DNA of 64,000 nucleotides from IMG/VR virus record IMGVR_UViG_3300041416_000287, positions 176,449 to 240,448 of that record; one strand, 5' to 3'. Shown piece by piece: positions 21,252 to 30,700 of this stretch (position 1 is its first letter; each line of letters starts with the position of its first letter). The notes under the pieces were generated by a model. It saw only the letters and a program-made list of their open reading frames with translations, ran no database searches and was not told where the DNA came from. The position numbers and the translations under genes were made by a program.

Positions 21252-22520
21252 ATGGAACAGCCATACTACATCACTGACAACCGCACCTTGTACATCAAGT
21301 GTGATTGCGCCTCTGCCGCCCAGATTCGCAGCGCATTTGATGAGGCACTGACAAAGTATGAAACTGAACACAGGGAGCACCTGAATTGCCGCTTCCGCGT
21401 GAATCTCGTCGAGAACAAGGAGGGTATCTCCTTCGGCATCTCTTTCGTCTTCGTCACTAATCCGGCCGTGTACCACATGCTCTTGGGCAAGAATGCCGAT
21501 GGCTCTGATCGTGTGGAGTATCGCGATGATCCTTCATGGACGCCGCCGATTCCGGGTGACAATGTCAATGATGCTGGCTGGTCCACGATCTCCGAGCCTG
21601 TCTTCACTGAGACCAAGAGCTGGGCCGACATGATGGACGAGGAAGATGAGTACCAAGCCAAGGTCGAGGCCGAGAAGCAGAAGTACGTCTGCCCGAAGAT
21701 CGCTGTTCCGCTCGAGCCGTTGATGGTGCTTCCTCCCTACCGTCTCACGCCTTATCAGGTCGACGAGAAGCGCGAGAAGATCATTGATGAGAATGAGGGC
21801 AAACCGGATTTCAATCCCGAGCTGGTGGAGATTCCCCCGACTGCCTATTTCACCGTCGAGCCGGCTTTGGCGAAGCCAGTTGAACCGAAGTTCATGGCCA
21901 ATATCCTCAAGTGCAAGGGTGTTCCTCCGTGGATCACTAAGGAGGATCTCAAGGTGCAGTTCTCGCCTTACGTCTCGGACGGTGAGACGCCCCAAGAACG
22001 TTACATCAAAGGGCGTCGTGTCGAGGAGACATATCCGTTCGTGAACATCAACGATGACCGTGTGGCGTTTGTCATCTTTGATCCCAGCACGCCGGATGCG
22101 CTCTTTGCGCTGCACATGATGAAGAAGACCATCATCTCGAAGAAGATGCCGGACAGCTCGGTCAACAAAGTCACTCTCATCTTTGCTCATTCATTCCGCA
22201 CTGACCGCGACATGATGGCTGACATCAGCCAGCGTCCTCGTCCTGTGCAGCGCCGTGATAATCCGCCGCCTCGTGATGGAGATGGCTATCGCGGCCGTGG
22301 TGGCTACGGCGGTGGCGGCGGCGGCGGCGGTGGCCGTGGTCGTGGTGGTTATGGTGGTGGTGGCTCACGCTTCAGTGAGCGCCGTGACGAGGGCCCGCGC
22401 GAGATTCACCGCTCGCCCCCTAAGCCCTCTGAGCCATCTCCCCAGCCTGAGGGGAAGAATCGCTTCTCGGCGCTCGGGGCGAACGGGTTCGCCGCTCTCA
22501 TCGAGGAAGATGATGACTGA
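21252..22520 (+). CDS. Putative RNA-binding protein (RRM-like segments, RGG box, SWAD and NRFSAL motifs)
   Basis: RTLYIK...GISFVFV and ILKCKGVPPWITKEDL...VAFVIF are RRM-like; RGRGGYGGGG tail; C/G-ending codons visibly favoured. Confidence 0.65.
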   Translation: MEQPYYITDNRTLYIKCDCASAAQIRSAFDEALTKYETEHREHLNCRFRVNLVENKEGISFGISFVFVTNPAVYHMLLGKNADGSDRVEYRDDPSWTPPIPGDNVNDAGWSTISEPVFTETKSWADMMDEEDEYQAKVEAEKQKYVCPKIAVPLEPLMVLPPYRLTPYQVDEKREKIIDENEGKPDFNPELVEIPPTAYFTVEPALAKPVEPKFMANILKCKGVPPWITKEDLKVQFSPYVSDGETPQERYIKGRRVEETYPFVNINDDRVAFVIFDPSTPDALFALHMMKKTIISKKMPDSSVNKVTLIFAHSFRTDRDMMADISQRPRPVQRRDNPPPRDGDGYRGRGGYGGGGGGGGGRGRGGYGGGGSRFSERRDEGPREIHRSPPKPSEPSPQPEGKNRFSALGANGFAALIEEDDD

Positions 22521-22565
22521 TTATAAAAAAAATCATATAGGTATGCTATATGATTTTTAACTCAA

Positions 22566-23045
22566 ATGCTCACTCTACGAGTTATTCGGCCGGTAACTTG
22601 TCGACCATTAACTCTGAACATTCTTCGACCGCCAGTAACCGACCACTCTTGTTATATTTTACGATCATTAGTCTCGAACCGAATCTATGTTGGCTATACT
22701 TTGGATTTTTCCCATCGGCTTCGACAGCATAATGGAGAAATCGTTGGTGGGGCTAAGAAGACCAAGAAATGTCGGCCATGGACTCCGGTTTGCATAATAC
22801 GGGGCTTCTATGAGGCTTCATCCGCGCTTCGATTCGAGTATCGGTTGCAACATCCCGGTCGCAGAAAGAGAAAGGGAGAAAATGCAGTTTCTTTCATATT
22901 AGAAGCGCTCTTGAGATTGATTAATAGTGGTGACGGATCTATCGAGAAGAGAAATAAAATGCCATGGCCCTGCCTTACTATCACTTGGTATTCTCAACAG
23001 TATCGAATAGATCACGCACAAGTGATTAATAGTTACGTAGTATGA
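22566..23045 (+). CDS. GIY-YIG nuclease, SLX1-like
   Basis: CYILRS...IYVGYT....RLRQHNGEIVGGAKKT...RPW...ALRFE. Confidence 0.9.
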   Translation: MLTLRVIRPVTCRPLTLNILRPPVTDHSCYILRSLVSNRIYVGYTLDFSHRLRQHNGEIVGGAKKTKKCRPWTPVCIIRGFYEASSALRFEYRLQHPGRRKRKGENAVSFILEALLRLINSGDGSIEKRNKMPWPCLTITWYSQQYRIDHAQVINSYVV

Positions 23046-23062
23046 CTTACTTAAGCTAAACC

Positions 23063-23788
23063 ATGGCTATCAAGCAAGCCTTAGCTCAATACTTACCGAT
23101 GGCCCTGCTTGGCGTCCCAAGCACCCTGCTTATTCTGTTCCTGATGTTCATCCAAACAGGCACCTTTAATCTGAATACGCTCGCATCAGGGGCAGTCCTT
23201 ATTCCCTTGAAAGGACGCTGTGATTTCGGTCCGAATCGAACGTGTACCAGTCTTAATATATCTAATCGTCTCTTTGCATGCAATGGACCGCTAAGTTGCC
23301 CCAGTCAAATAGTGAACATGTTTATGATGAAGGGCGTTAGTGTCGTTGGAGTATCGCCGGCCGGACCGACCAAGAATGATACTACAGTCGGGGATGTCGT
23401 GAACATGATTTTGGGAGACACTCCACATCTCACTCCATTCATCATCCTACTAAGTGGGCAAGTACTAGGTTGGATCTGTCTCCTAACCTACCAAGTGAAT
23501 AATGCAATTGTAAAGGGCATTAGCGGGGCGATTTTCGTAACCACCCGAATCTCCGGGTTCGTCGCTGTCTATCTTAACACCCGAGCGACCTTGAATGATA
23601 TTCGACTCAATATCGATCATCCTCCCAGTTTCTTAGCTGCCATCAATGAGATTTCTCCCTGGTTGGCTTTTACTATCATGCTGATTGAGATTATCCTGTC
23701 CAGTATGCTGTTTTGTCAACCCAAAGATAAACAACCCAGGGAACTAGCTTCTGACCTTGAAGCCAGACCAATAATGCTTAATGACTAA
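23063..23788 (+). CDS. Multi-pass membrane protein
   Basis: About 4 hydrophobic segments with a Cys-containing loop. Confidence 0.65.
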   Translation: MAIKQALAQYLPMALLGVPSTLLILFLMFIQTGTFNLNTLASGAVLIPLKGRCDFGPNRTCTSLNISNRLFACNGPLSCPSQIVNMFMMKGVSVVGVSPAGPTKNDTTVGDVVNMILGDTPHLTPFIILLSGQVLGWICLLTYQVNNAIVKGISGAIFVTTRISGFVAVYLNTRATLNDIRLNIDHPPSFLAAINEISPWLAFTIMLIEIILSSMLFCQPKDKQPRELASDLEARPIMLND

Positions 23789-23854
23789 TTCCAGGTAATG
23801 ATGAAAGATCAAATTAAATGAATTATATTCCAACAATCTTGGAATATGGGCTAA

Positions 23855-24103
23855 ATGTCACAGTTGCAAGTCGACGATGTCATTCGCGGCTATTACGTGG
23901 ATATGTCCCCACGTTATTACAAGGTGATGAAAGTTACTCCCCAAAAGGTAAAAGTCTTGCGATTGAAGCATCGATTTGGGCCTGATGGAGCCAATCTTGG
24001 TCCCGGAACTACTACTTATGGAGAAGAACACACTATGACTAAGAAGGACGAACTCAGTGCCACCCATTACGGAATGTTATGTACTAAGATGGAAATTAAC
24101 TAA
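23855..24103 (+). CDS. Small hypothetical protein (possible SH3-like barrel)
   Basis: TAAATG start, hairpin at the stop, YYKVMKVTPQKVKV. Confidence 0.6.
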   Translation: MSQLQVDDVIRGYYVDMSPRYYKVMKVTPQKVKVLRLKHRFGPDGANLGPGTTTYGEEHTMTKKDELSATHYGMLCTKMEIN

Positions 24104-24124
24104 TGTTACAGCGAGACTGTAATA

Positions 24125-24559
24125 TTACTTTCGAGAGTGGGCTTTAATGAGGTAGTTCGAGAACTTATGGTTCGGGTCGCAGGGGGATAGGTGACCGCAG
24201 GCTTTACATCGTAAGCTCAAGGTTTCCTTCTTCACGGAGAAGTCAGTCTCGGGATTGCCACAACGCTTGCACAACACATACTTTAGGATAAACTGATCCA
24301 GTAATATGGTGATAGTTTCCAAATCATGGCTTCCACCGATGAGATATCGTTCATTGCCGACGGTTTGAGCCCCGAGTTCGAATCCGAAGAACTTCATGAT
24401 CAGGGGTGGATTTCGGCTCAGAGCAGCGCCGACAGCTCCGAGATTCACCAGACTCGTTTTCATGTTGCCACCTCGTCCTTCCAGTTGAATCCTCAAGACT
24501 GGCATCTTGTAGCGATAATACTCGTCGTCCACACTCCTCGGGATGTTTACCTGCGCCAT
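24125..24559 (-). CDS. EIF5: Translation initiation factor eIF5 N-terminal (eIF5/eIF2beta) domain protein
   Basis: D.YYRYKMP...EGRG..KT...KFFGFELGAQ...YVLCKRCGNPET...CKACG. Confidence 0.88.
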   Translation of the reverse strand: MAQVNIPRSVDDEYYRYKMPVLRIQLEGRGGNMKTSLVNLGAVGAALSRNPPLIMKFFGFELGAQTVGNERYLIGGSHDLETITILLDQFILKYVLCKRCGNPETDFSVKKETLSLRCKACGHLSPCDPNHKFSNYLIKAHSRK

Positions 24560-24602
24560 GGTTTGATGAATAAGTAGAGGAAGTAAATATTAATCACTTT
24601 GA

Positions 24603-24668
24603 CAGCTTGCAGTTTACCAGCTTGCAGTTTACCAGCTTGCAGCTTGCAGTTTACAGCTTGCAGTTCAC
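24603..24668. repeat. Imperfect tandem repeat of CAGCTTGCAGTTTAC (about 4.5 copies)
   Basis: Read directly from the sequence. Confidence 0.85.
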
Positions 24669-24671
24669 TAG

Positions 24672-24696
24672 TCTAAAGAGATAGGAGTTATCCTAT
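24672..24696 (+). promoter_or_regulatory. Putative tRNA promoter box TCTAAAGAGATAG-N7-CCTAT (copy 1)
   Basis: Same box and spacing occur immediately upstream of tRNA-Trp and tRNA-Phe. Confidence 0.65.
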
Positions 24697-24736
24697 GAGT
24701 GATAGAACACTTGAACATCCGAACAATTAGATTGTT

Positions 24737-24807
24737 CGGGTGGTAGTTTAATGGTAGAACACCGGGCTGTAGTCCCGAAGATGCAGGTTCGATTCCTGAA
24801 CATCCGA
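24737..24807 (+). tRNA. trnY: tRNA-Tyr(GTA), intronless, with mismatches (possibly atypical or degenerate)
   Basis: CGGGTGG TA GTTT AATGGTA GAAC A CCGGG CTGTAGT CCCGA AGAT GCAGG TTCGATT CCTGA ACATCCG A; anticodon 24769-24771; C1:G72 and A73 fit eukaryotic/archaeal Tyr identity. Confidence 0.75.
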
Positions 24808-24808
24808 A

Positions 24809-24836
24809 AAGTTAGATCTCAATTGAGATCTAACTT
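24809..24836. terminator. Perfect 28-bp palindrome after tRNA-Tyr
   Basis: AAGTTAGATCTCAATTGAGATCTAACTT. Confidence 0.8.
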
Positions 24837-24892
24837 CGATTTTTCAATTAGCTGACGCTTGGCCGAAATGAAATCTCATTACGATAAAGTGG

Positions 24893-24917
24893 TCTAAAGA
24901 GATAGACAGTAACCTAT
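24893..24917 (+). promoter_or_regulatory. Putative tRNA promoter box (copy 2)
   Basis: TCTAAAGAGATAG-acagtaa-CCTAT abutting tRNA-Trp nucleotide 1. Confidence 0.7.
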
Positions 24918-24988
24918 GAGGTGATAGTTTAGTGGGAAAACAGCAGGCTCCAGACCTGCGGTCGGGGGTCCGATTCCCCCTCACCTCA
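24918..24988 (+). tRNA. trnW: tRNA-Trp(CCA)
   Basis: GAGGTGA TA GTTT AGTGGGA AAAC A GCAGG CTCCAGA CCTGC GGTC GGGGG TCCGATT CCCCC TCACCTC A; all stems pair; anticodon 24950-24952. Confidence 0.9.
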
Positions 24989-25035
24989 TCGTGATATATG
25001 TGATAATATATATCGCAAAAAAAGCGGATCACTAA

Positions 25036-25545
25036 ATGGCCATTACCCTTACACGTTCAGACCAATTTCTCGATTATTTCGGTCGAGGCACCGTAACAGC
25101 AATCGCGATCGACCCGGCACTACAGCGGTTAGCTGGCCAAGGAAATGTCATCATGACGGCCCAAATTGGGGAAGGAAGAATGGGGAGAACTATTTATGGT
25201 GAGGTTCAATACAACCAGGCAACCAATCAGGTCAGCCTTCCACTGCGGGCTAATGTCAGCATGTACGTCTGCGTGGAGATCTATTACAAACATGGAGAAT
25301 ATCAAACCACGGTAATTTCATCGGATGAGGACATGCGGATATATTGTATCGATCAACTTCGGGGCTATGGTGATATCCCACAGATGGATGTGCAAACGTA
25401 TGAAGTGGCCGTCGCTCAATATCAAGCGATGCCATTGGATGATCTCATTCGTTTGGTTCTTAGTCATGGACGTCAGGAAATCGAGAGTCAATCCGGTTGG
25501 GGATTAGTTGATGTAGTGAAAGGCCAGAACTTAGTGGAGTATTAA
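25036..25545 (+). CDS. Hypothetical protein between tRNA genes
   Basis: 169-aa ORF with TAAATG start. Confidence 0.7.
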   Translation: MAITLTRSDQFLDYFGRGTVTAIAIDPALQRLAGQGNVIMTAQIGEGRMGRTIYGEVQYNQATNQVSLPLRANVSMYVCVEIYYKHGEYQTTVISSDEDMRIYCIDQLRGYGDIPQMDVQTYEVAVAQYQAMPLDDLIRLVLSHGRQEIESQSGWGLVDVVKGQNLVEY

Positions 25546-25553
25546 TATAATGA

Positions 25554-25578
25554 TCTAAAGAGATGGAGAGGATCTTAT
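25554..25578 (+). promoter_or_regulatory. Putative tRNA promoter box (copy 3)
   Basis: TCTAAAGAGATGG-agaggat-CTTAT abutting tRNA-Phe nucleotide 1. Confidence 0.7.
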
Positions 25579-25649
25579 GGACCCGTAGTTTAGGGGGAGA
25601 ACACCAGACTGAAACTCTGGCGACCCAGGTTCAAATCCTGGCGGGTCCA
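25579..25649 (+). tRNA. trnF: tRNA-Phe(GAA)
   Basis: GGACCCG TA GTTT AGGGGGA GAAC A CCAGA CTGAAAC TCTGG CGAC CCAGG TTCAAAT CCTGG CGGGTCC A; anticodon 25611-25613. Confidence 0.9.
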
Positions 25650-25652
25650 ATT

Positions 25653-25676
25653 GATACGTGTGGAAACACACGTATC
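25653..25676. terminator. Hairpin after tRNA-Phe, shared with the convergent gene
   Basis: GATACGTGTG-gaaa-CACACGTATC. Confidence 0.75.
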
Positions 25677-25679
25677 TGT

Positions 25680-25994
25680 TTAATGTGTAAATGTCACCGC
25701 ATAATCATGGGGCAAACACCTGGCATCTGTATGTTCGACCACTTTAATCTGTTGAGCAATATCAGTCCATTTTGAGGTGTAACGTCCGTATCGAAATCGA
25801 TTCAAGAAAATGGTGAGTCCTAGATCCATATTCACAGTGTCGTCTTTGCAGGTAGTGACAAGAGTATCAAATACAAATATCTTCTGATGAATCCGAGACA
25901 ATGTGACTGCGTGAGATGCTGACAGTCGATAGTAAGCATCTGAGCCATCTTCCTCTGATACTAGTAGGATGACACTATTGGGGATAGGTTCCAT
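25680..25994 (-). CDS. Hypothetical protein
   Basis: 104-aa ORF, GTAAAATG start, ends at a hairpin. Confidence 0.6.
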   Translation of the reverse strand: MEPIPNSVILLVSEEDGSDAYYRLSASHAVTLSRIHQKIFVFDTLVTTCKDDTVNMDLGLTIFLNRFRYGRYTSKWTDIAQQIKVVEHTDARCLPHDYAVTFTH

Positions 25995-26103
25995 TTTACT
26001 CTACCGATGAAGCTATATGGTATTATTACCCATGTCATATTTATTTAGGACATGTGTCACAATTTAGAACACGCACCATATATTCTGGGACTCGCACCAA
26101 ATC

Positions 26104-27327
26104 TCAGAACGTGTACCACGTCTGGTTGATTGGAACTAAGGTGATGGCCTGATGGTTAGCTATGGTAATGGAAGACTGAGCTTCATTGATATTATTTCGA
26201 GCATCCCCTACCACAATCTTATGGGGACTCGCAGCCACGAGACTTCGAATATGCAGCGCTTTCGTTTCAACTGTGACTCCAATGGGAACTGGATCTGCTG
26301 ATAATTGTGGAAGGATAATCGTTCGGGGCATTTGAGATTTAATTACAATGTATCGGTCAGTTGCCTTAACCTGGTAGTCGGAATTTACGACAATGATACG
26401 TTGATCCGCTCCATGTTCAGGAAGATGGTCGCAAGCACAGACTCCATGAGGGCCTTGCTCACCCTGATCACCTTTAACTCCTTGCTTACCTTCCTCACCG
26501 CGTTCACCTGGAAGTCCGCGAGGACCAGCCGGACCTTGTGAGCCAACCGGTCCTTGAGCTCCTTCTGGACCAACCGCACCCTGTGGACCGGCCGGACCAA
26601 CTGGGCCTTGAGGTCCACATGGGCCACGAGAACCAGCGGGCCCAGGGGGCCCGCTATTACCCTGATCACCGCGGTTACCCTGCTTTCCTTGCTCTCCACG
26701 AGGACCCACTGGGCCTGGGGGCCCTTGCTTCCCTTGTAAACCGACTGGACCAGCGGGCCCTTGTCCTCCACGGGGTCCAGCTGGTCCTTCAGGACCAGCT
26801 GGACCTTGTTGACCAGGAGGACCAACTTCTCCCTTGTCCCCTTTGGGACCCGAACGACCTTGTGGCCCCTCAATTCCAATCGGACCAGTGGGTCCGTTCA
26901 GACCTCGCGGTCCTTGTGGACCTTGGGGACCACGGGGACCAGCTGGTCCGAGAGGACCATACGGCCCCTGCGGACCAGGAATACCTTGGGGACCCTGAGG
27001 CCCAGGAGGCCCTTCAATATAAACAGTGTCATCAGGAACACTATCCTCCGAAGTCCGAGACATGCTAGCACATTGTGACGGATAAATATCCTCAGAACGA
27101 CGAGATGAGAACTGTACAGCTCCAGATGAAGCCTGTCGTTTCTGTGGTGAGATCACTGGTGAGACTAAGGCGACCGGCGGAACCTGCACATCGCTAACCG
27201 GATCAGTGAGAATGCTATTTAAGCGTGCCATACTTTCATAAGAACGGGGATTAGGTTTACGCTGACCGTCTACTGAACCACGTTCTGAAAACTCAGAAGA
27301 TAAGTCATATTGATGTTCTGTTGCCAT
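26104..27327 (-). CDS. Collagen-like protein with C-terminal fibre-tip-like domain
   Basis: Long Gly-X-Y run; C-terminal [16 protein letters not shown]...TIILP resembles tail-fibre-type beta domains. Confidence 0.9.
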   Translation of the reverse strand: MATEHQYDLSSEFSERGSVDGQRKPNPRSYESMARLNSILTDPVSDVQVPPVALVSPVISPQKRQASSGAVQFSSRRSEDIYPSQCASMSRTSEDSVPDDTVYIEGPPGPQGPQGIPGPQGPYGPLGPAGPRGPQGPQGPRGLNGPTGPIGIEGPQGRSGPKGDKGEVGPPGQQGPAGPEGPAGPRGGQGPAGPVGLQGKQGPPGPVGPRGEQGKQGNRGDQGNSGPPGPAGSRGPCGPQGPVGPAGPQGAVGPEGAQGPVGSQGPAGPRGLPGERGEEGKQGVKGDQGEQGPHGVCACDHLPEHGADQRIIVVNSDYQVKATDRYIVIKSQMPRTIILPQLSADPVPIGVTVETKALHIRSLVAASPHKIVVGDARNNINEAQSSITIANHQAITLVPINQTWYTF

Positions 27328-27342
27328 TTCCAGGAGTGTGAA

Positions 27343-27624
27343 TTATTTTTGCGGCATCACAACATTAGCTCGAATGTGATCATCATGTGCCTGAAAGAGT
27401 CTAGGGCCGTACATATACCAAACGGCAAATAGAAGAGTGAATAAGCTCAACAGGATTATAAGCACGACTAGATTACCATTGGCATCATGGGTCGGGACAT
27501 CAGCCGTGCACTGAGCCCCAGGGCAAAATGGGGTACACCTAGGATCTTGACACCACACTTGCCCATTTTGACAACCAGTACAACCACCACCAGGGCAAAT
27601 ATCCGGATCAGAGCATTGACTCAT
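27343..27624 (-). CDS. Small Cys-rich membrane protein
   Basis: CSDPDICPGGGCTGCQNGQVWCQDPRCTPFCPGAQC followed by a TM helix. Confidence 0.7.
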   Translation of the reverse strand: MSQCSDPDICPGGGCTGCQNGQVWCQDPRCTPFCPGAQCTADVPTHDANGNLVVLIILLSLFTLLFAVWYMYGPRLFQAHDDHIRANVVMPQK

Positions 27625-27704
27625 ATTTACCGATCCCGATTTATTTTCCCGACAACACGCTCGTTTACCAAATCATGTATAGATTATACATGAATCTTAC
27701 CCCC

Positions 27705-30700
27705 TTACAATACTTCCAATACTGCGCCGTACCTGGCGTCTTTGTCCGCAGCCTTATCAGCCTGCGTTCCATAATATATTAATTTGAGAAAAACGTTAGC
27801 TCCATTGGTCTTATCCTCGATTGGAATTAGGGAAGAAGCGGCTGAAATGCCATAGATCATGTGAATGGGAACCACATCCAAGGGATTTGGTTCTGCACCG
27901 ATATTCACACGGTAATTATACCAAGTGTAGGCGACTGCCAATGCCTTGGCTTTAGTTCCTCCGACCACATTTTGGACGATATAGATCTTTCCATCTTCGT
28001 CCCCGTATAGATAAGGATCGGGGGAGAATCCCATTGCAATCTCAATCTTTTCACGAATGTTGAAATATCGACTATAGTTCTGGGAGCTCTTCAGGGAGAG
28101 CATCCAAGCCAAGAGATCCTTCTCATTAACGAAGATTTTCGAGTTCGGGACGATTTGGAAATCAGACTCCGTCTCATAGTAATTCTCTAGAAATTCTACT
28201 GGTTCGACTGGCATCCCGAGCCGAAGGTTACTGTAATCTCGCAACATGCGAACGATGCGGTCGGCAAAGACCGGACTATACATCACAATTCTCCCCCGAT
28301 TAAACAAGGTAGGAGCTAGTGGTTCCATAAATCGAATGGCCTCCTGAATAGTTTCCACATTCGGTAGTCGGCGAGGAATGTTTCCCAGTTCATAATAAGT
28401 AGCACTGTCTCGTACTGGGGCCTCGTCCATCACCATAAATTGACTAGCGAACGTAGTCGGATCGATAGCTTGCTTTGATCGAGCCAGCTCATACAGCCAA
28501 CGCGTAAGTTGGATGATAATGTTGAGAGTCCGTCGTAACCGACTTAACCGAGTTGTGACTGGCGTGCCAGTAGCCACGATTGGGTTCGGCGCGCCTACTG
28601 GCTTAGCATCAAATCCGGCGGCGGGTACCACTGGGACATACTCACCCTGAATGATGTCCATAATTTGGAACCATAGTCCATCCACCAAACCAGCATCGTT
28701 GCGAGTAATCGCCGTAGGTTCACCAAGAATTCGGACCGCCACGTCAGCAGCTATTCGGCTAATATCCATAGTCATAGGGAGATTCTCCGGCTGAGATGGA
28801 ATAGTAGCGATAGTTATAAGCGCCCCTCCTCCTGTATCGAGAGTGAGGGCCCGCATCTTACCATTATTGTCGATAAACTGCGATACCGCTGGTAATTGGA
28901 ATAAGTTAATATGGTCGATGTAATAATAGATATTCGCATGCACCTCAAATGTATTATTCGGCAGTACCGTCCAGGTCATTGTCTTTAGCGTTTCCTGCAA
29001 GGCCGAGTGACAGACTTCAGTCATCTCAGGACCGAACAACTTCATGATCTGTAAATTGTCCTTGTCATAGTCGACGATGAGCTCACATTGAGGATATTCC
29101 AAGGCATCTGACTCTGAGCCCACATTCTTGATAATTACCACCGTAGGACGGTGTAAGCGTAATGGTCGGGCGTGGAAGATTCGGAAGCGAGGGACTTCCA
29201 TTGCCCCCAATTCAGTCTCATCTCCACTGGGTGGAGAGGGCGTGAAAACATAGATATTGATATTGAAGGTTTCTTCCACCGCCCGATAGAAGAGAGCTGG
29301 ATCGAAGAACTTACTATTATCCCGGAATATACTGGTAATCTCCTCATTCGTATAGTCATACAATTCTTGTTTCAATAATGAAGGATGAATAGTGGCCAGC
29401 ATATGTTGGCGAATTCGTGTCACATAAATTTCCTTACCTTCATCATTGGCCTGTGCCAGATAATTAGGATCATCAATAGCGATACAAATGCAATGCAGGA
29501 GGGAATTCGGCGTATGAATAACACCATAGCGAACCATGTCAACATACTCCTCAGAGTATCGCTTCACGACTCCCTCCACCGCACGAGGTAAGAAAGCAAC
29601 CTTATCTGGAACCAGGATCTTTCGAGTGCTGATCTTCTTTTCAGCCTTGGCACCAATTCGTCGCTCAGGAGGTCGATCTTCGACATAGTCACGATAATGG
29701 GAATTGACACCGGGTGTTATTTGATCTTTCTTTGAACAACAGGGAACATAAGGGAATTCATCCTTATTTCCCAAGTCATTCAGCTTCACTCCAGGATAGG
29801 GATTGCCATCACTCGGACAGACGAAATTCCACTGTGGATTGTCCTTGGGGAACGACATCACTTGCCGCCTTTGTTTCCAGCCTTCAGCTTCTGCAGCATC
29901 TACGATAATGGGTTGTAGAGGAGCTTGACACATTCGCGCATAACCTAAGACGAAGAGTCCTGGTGCCTTATCTTGTAGTTGACGAATCCTAGTATTAGCC
30001 CGACGTGCCACCGTGGGTTTCTTCGTTAGCTCGAGAATGGTGGGTTCAGCTGTGACAACCCGGCGTCGACGTTGAGCCAGTAAGGGACCCAAGGCGGCAA
30101 GTTCAGGAAGAGCTGCATTATAAACCAAAGCAGTGGGCTCTTGATAATTGATATAGTATCGCATCAAGAGTTGAAAGATCGGAATGAAGTCATTCACAGT
30201 AGTCCTAGACTCACCTTGGGAAATAGTCACATGAATATAGGGAACTCCGATTGGCAAATGCGCTTGGGTTATTGCCTTAGTTACGGGATCGGTGACATCG
30301 ACTATCTCATCCTCGGCCGTCACTTTCTGGGTAAGAGTTACTGAAACAGAGGCTGAATTAGCAATATAAGCTTGCTCGGTATCGGTCTTGCCTTCTGTCA
30401 TATCAGTGAAGATCGAACGGTAGTGAACATCAAGACGTTTCTTCAGAGCGAATGGCTTGATATTCTCTTCAACATACAGATATACATTCATAAGTGGTTC
30501 CAGGAGAACCATGTCTAGGAACACTGTTTCATCGAAGGCCATTCCCCAGATGTTGAACTCACCTCTCACCTTGATTTCCTTACCGGTACCAAAGACGAGG
30601 TTCGGAAGTGCAGCCTGAGTCCGTTGGTAGGCTAATTGTTCGTTTCGAATCAATCCCTTCTTAGGATCAGCCCCTATAGGAGCTTCAACGGTAAGATAAT

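Noticed and set aside
24603-24668. CRISPR-like or MIMIVIRE-like array
   Set aside because: Units are contiguous with no unique spacers, and no cas-like genes are adjacent
24712-24808. attL/attR pair of an integrated element at tRNA-Tyr
   Set aside because: The 12-bp direct repeat brackets only the tRNA itself; no integrase or cargo lies between the copies
24844-25775. ORFs 24844..25032 (-) and 25563..25775 (+)
   Set aside because: They overlap well-formed tRNA-Trp and tRNA-Phe genes and have no protein-like features
19006-27078. Antisense and shifted ORFs over the two collagen genes and the RRM/RGG gene
   Set aside because: Stop-poor shadows of Gly-X-Y or GC-rich coding sequence
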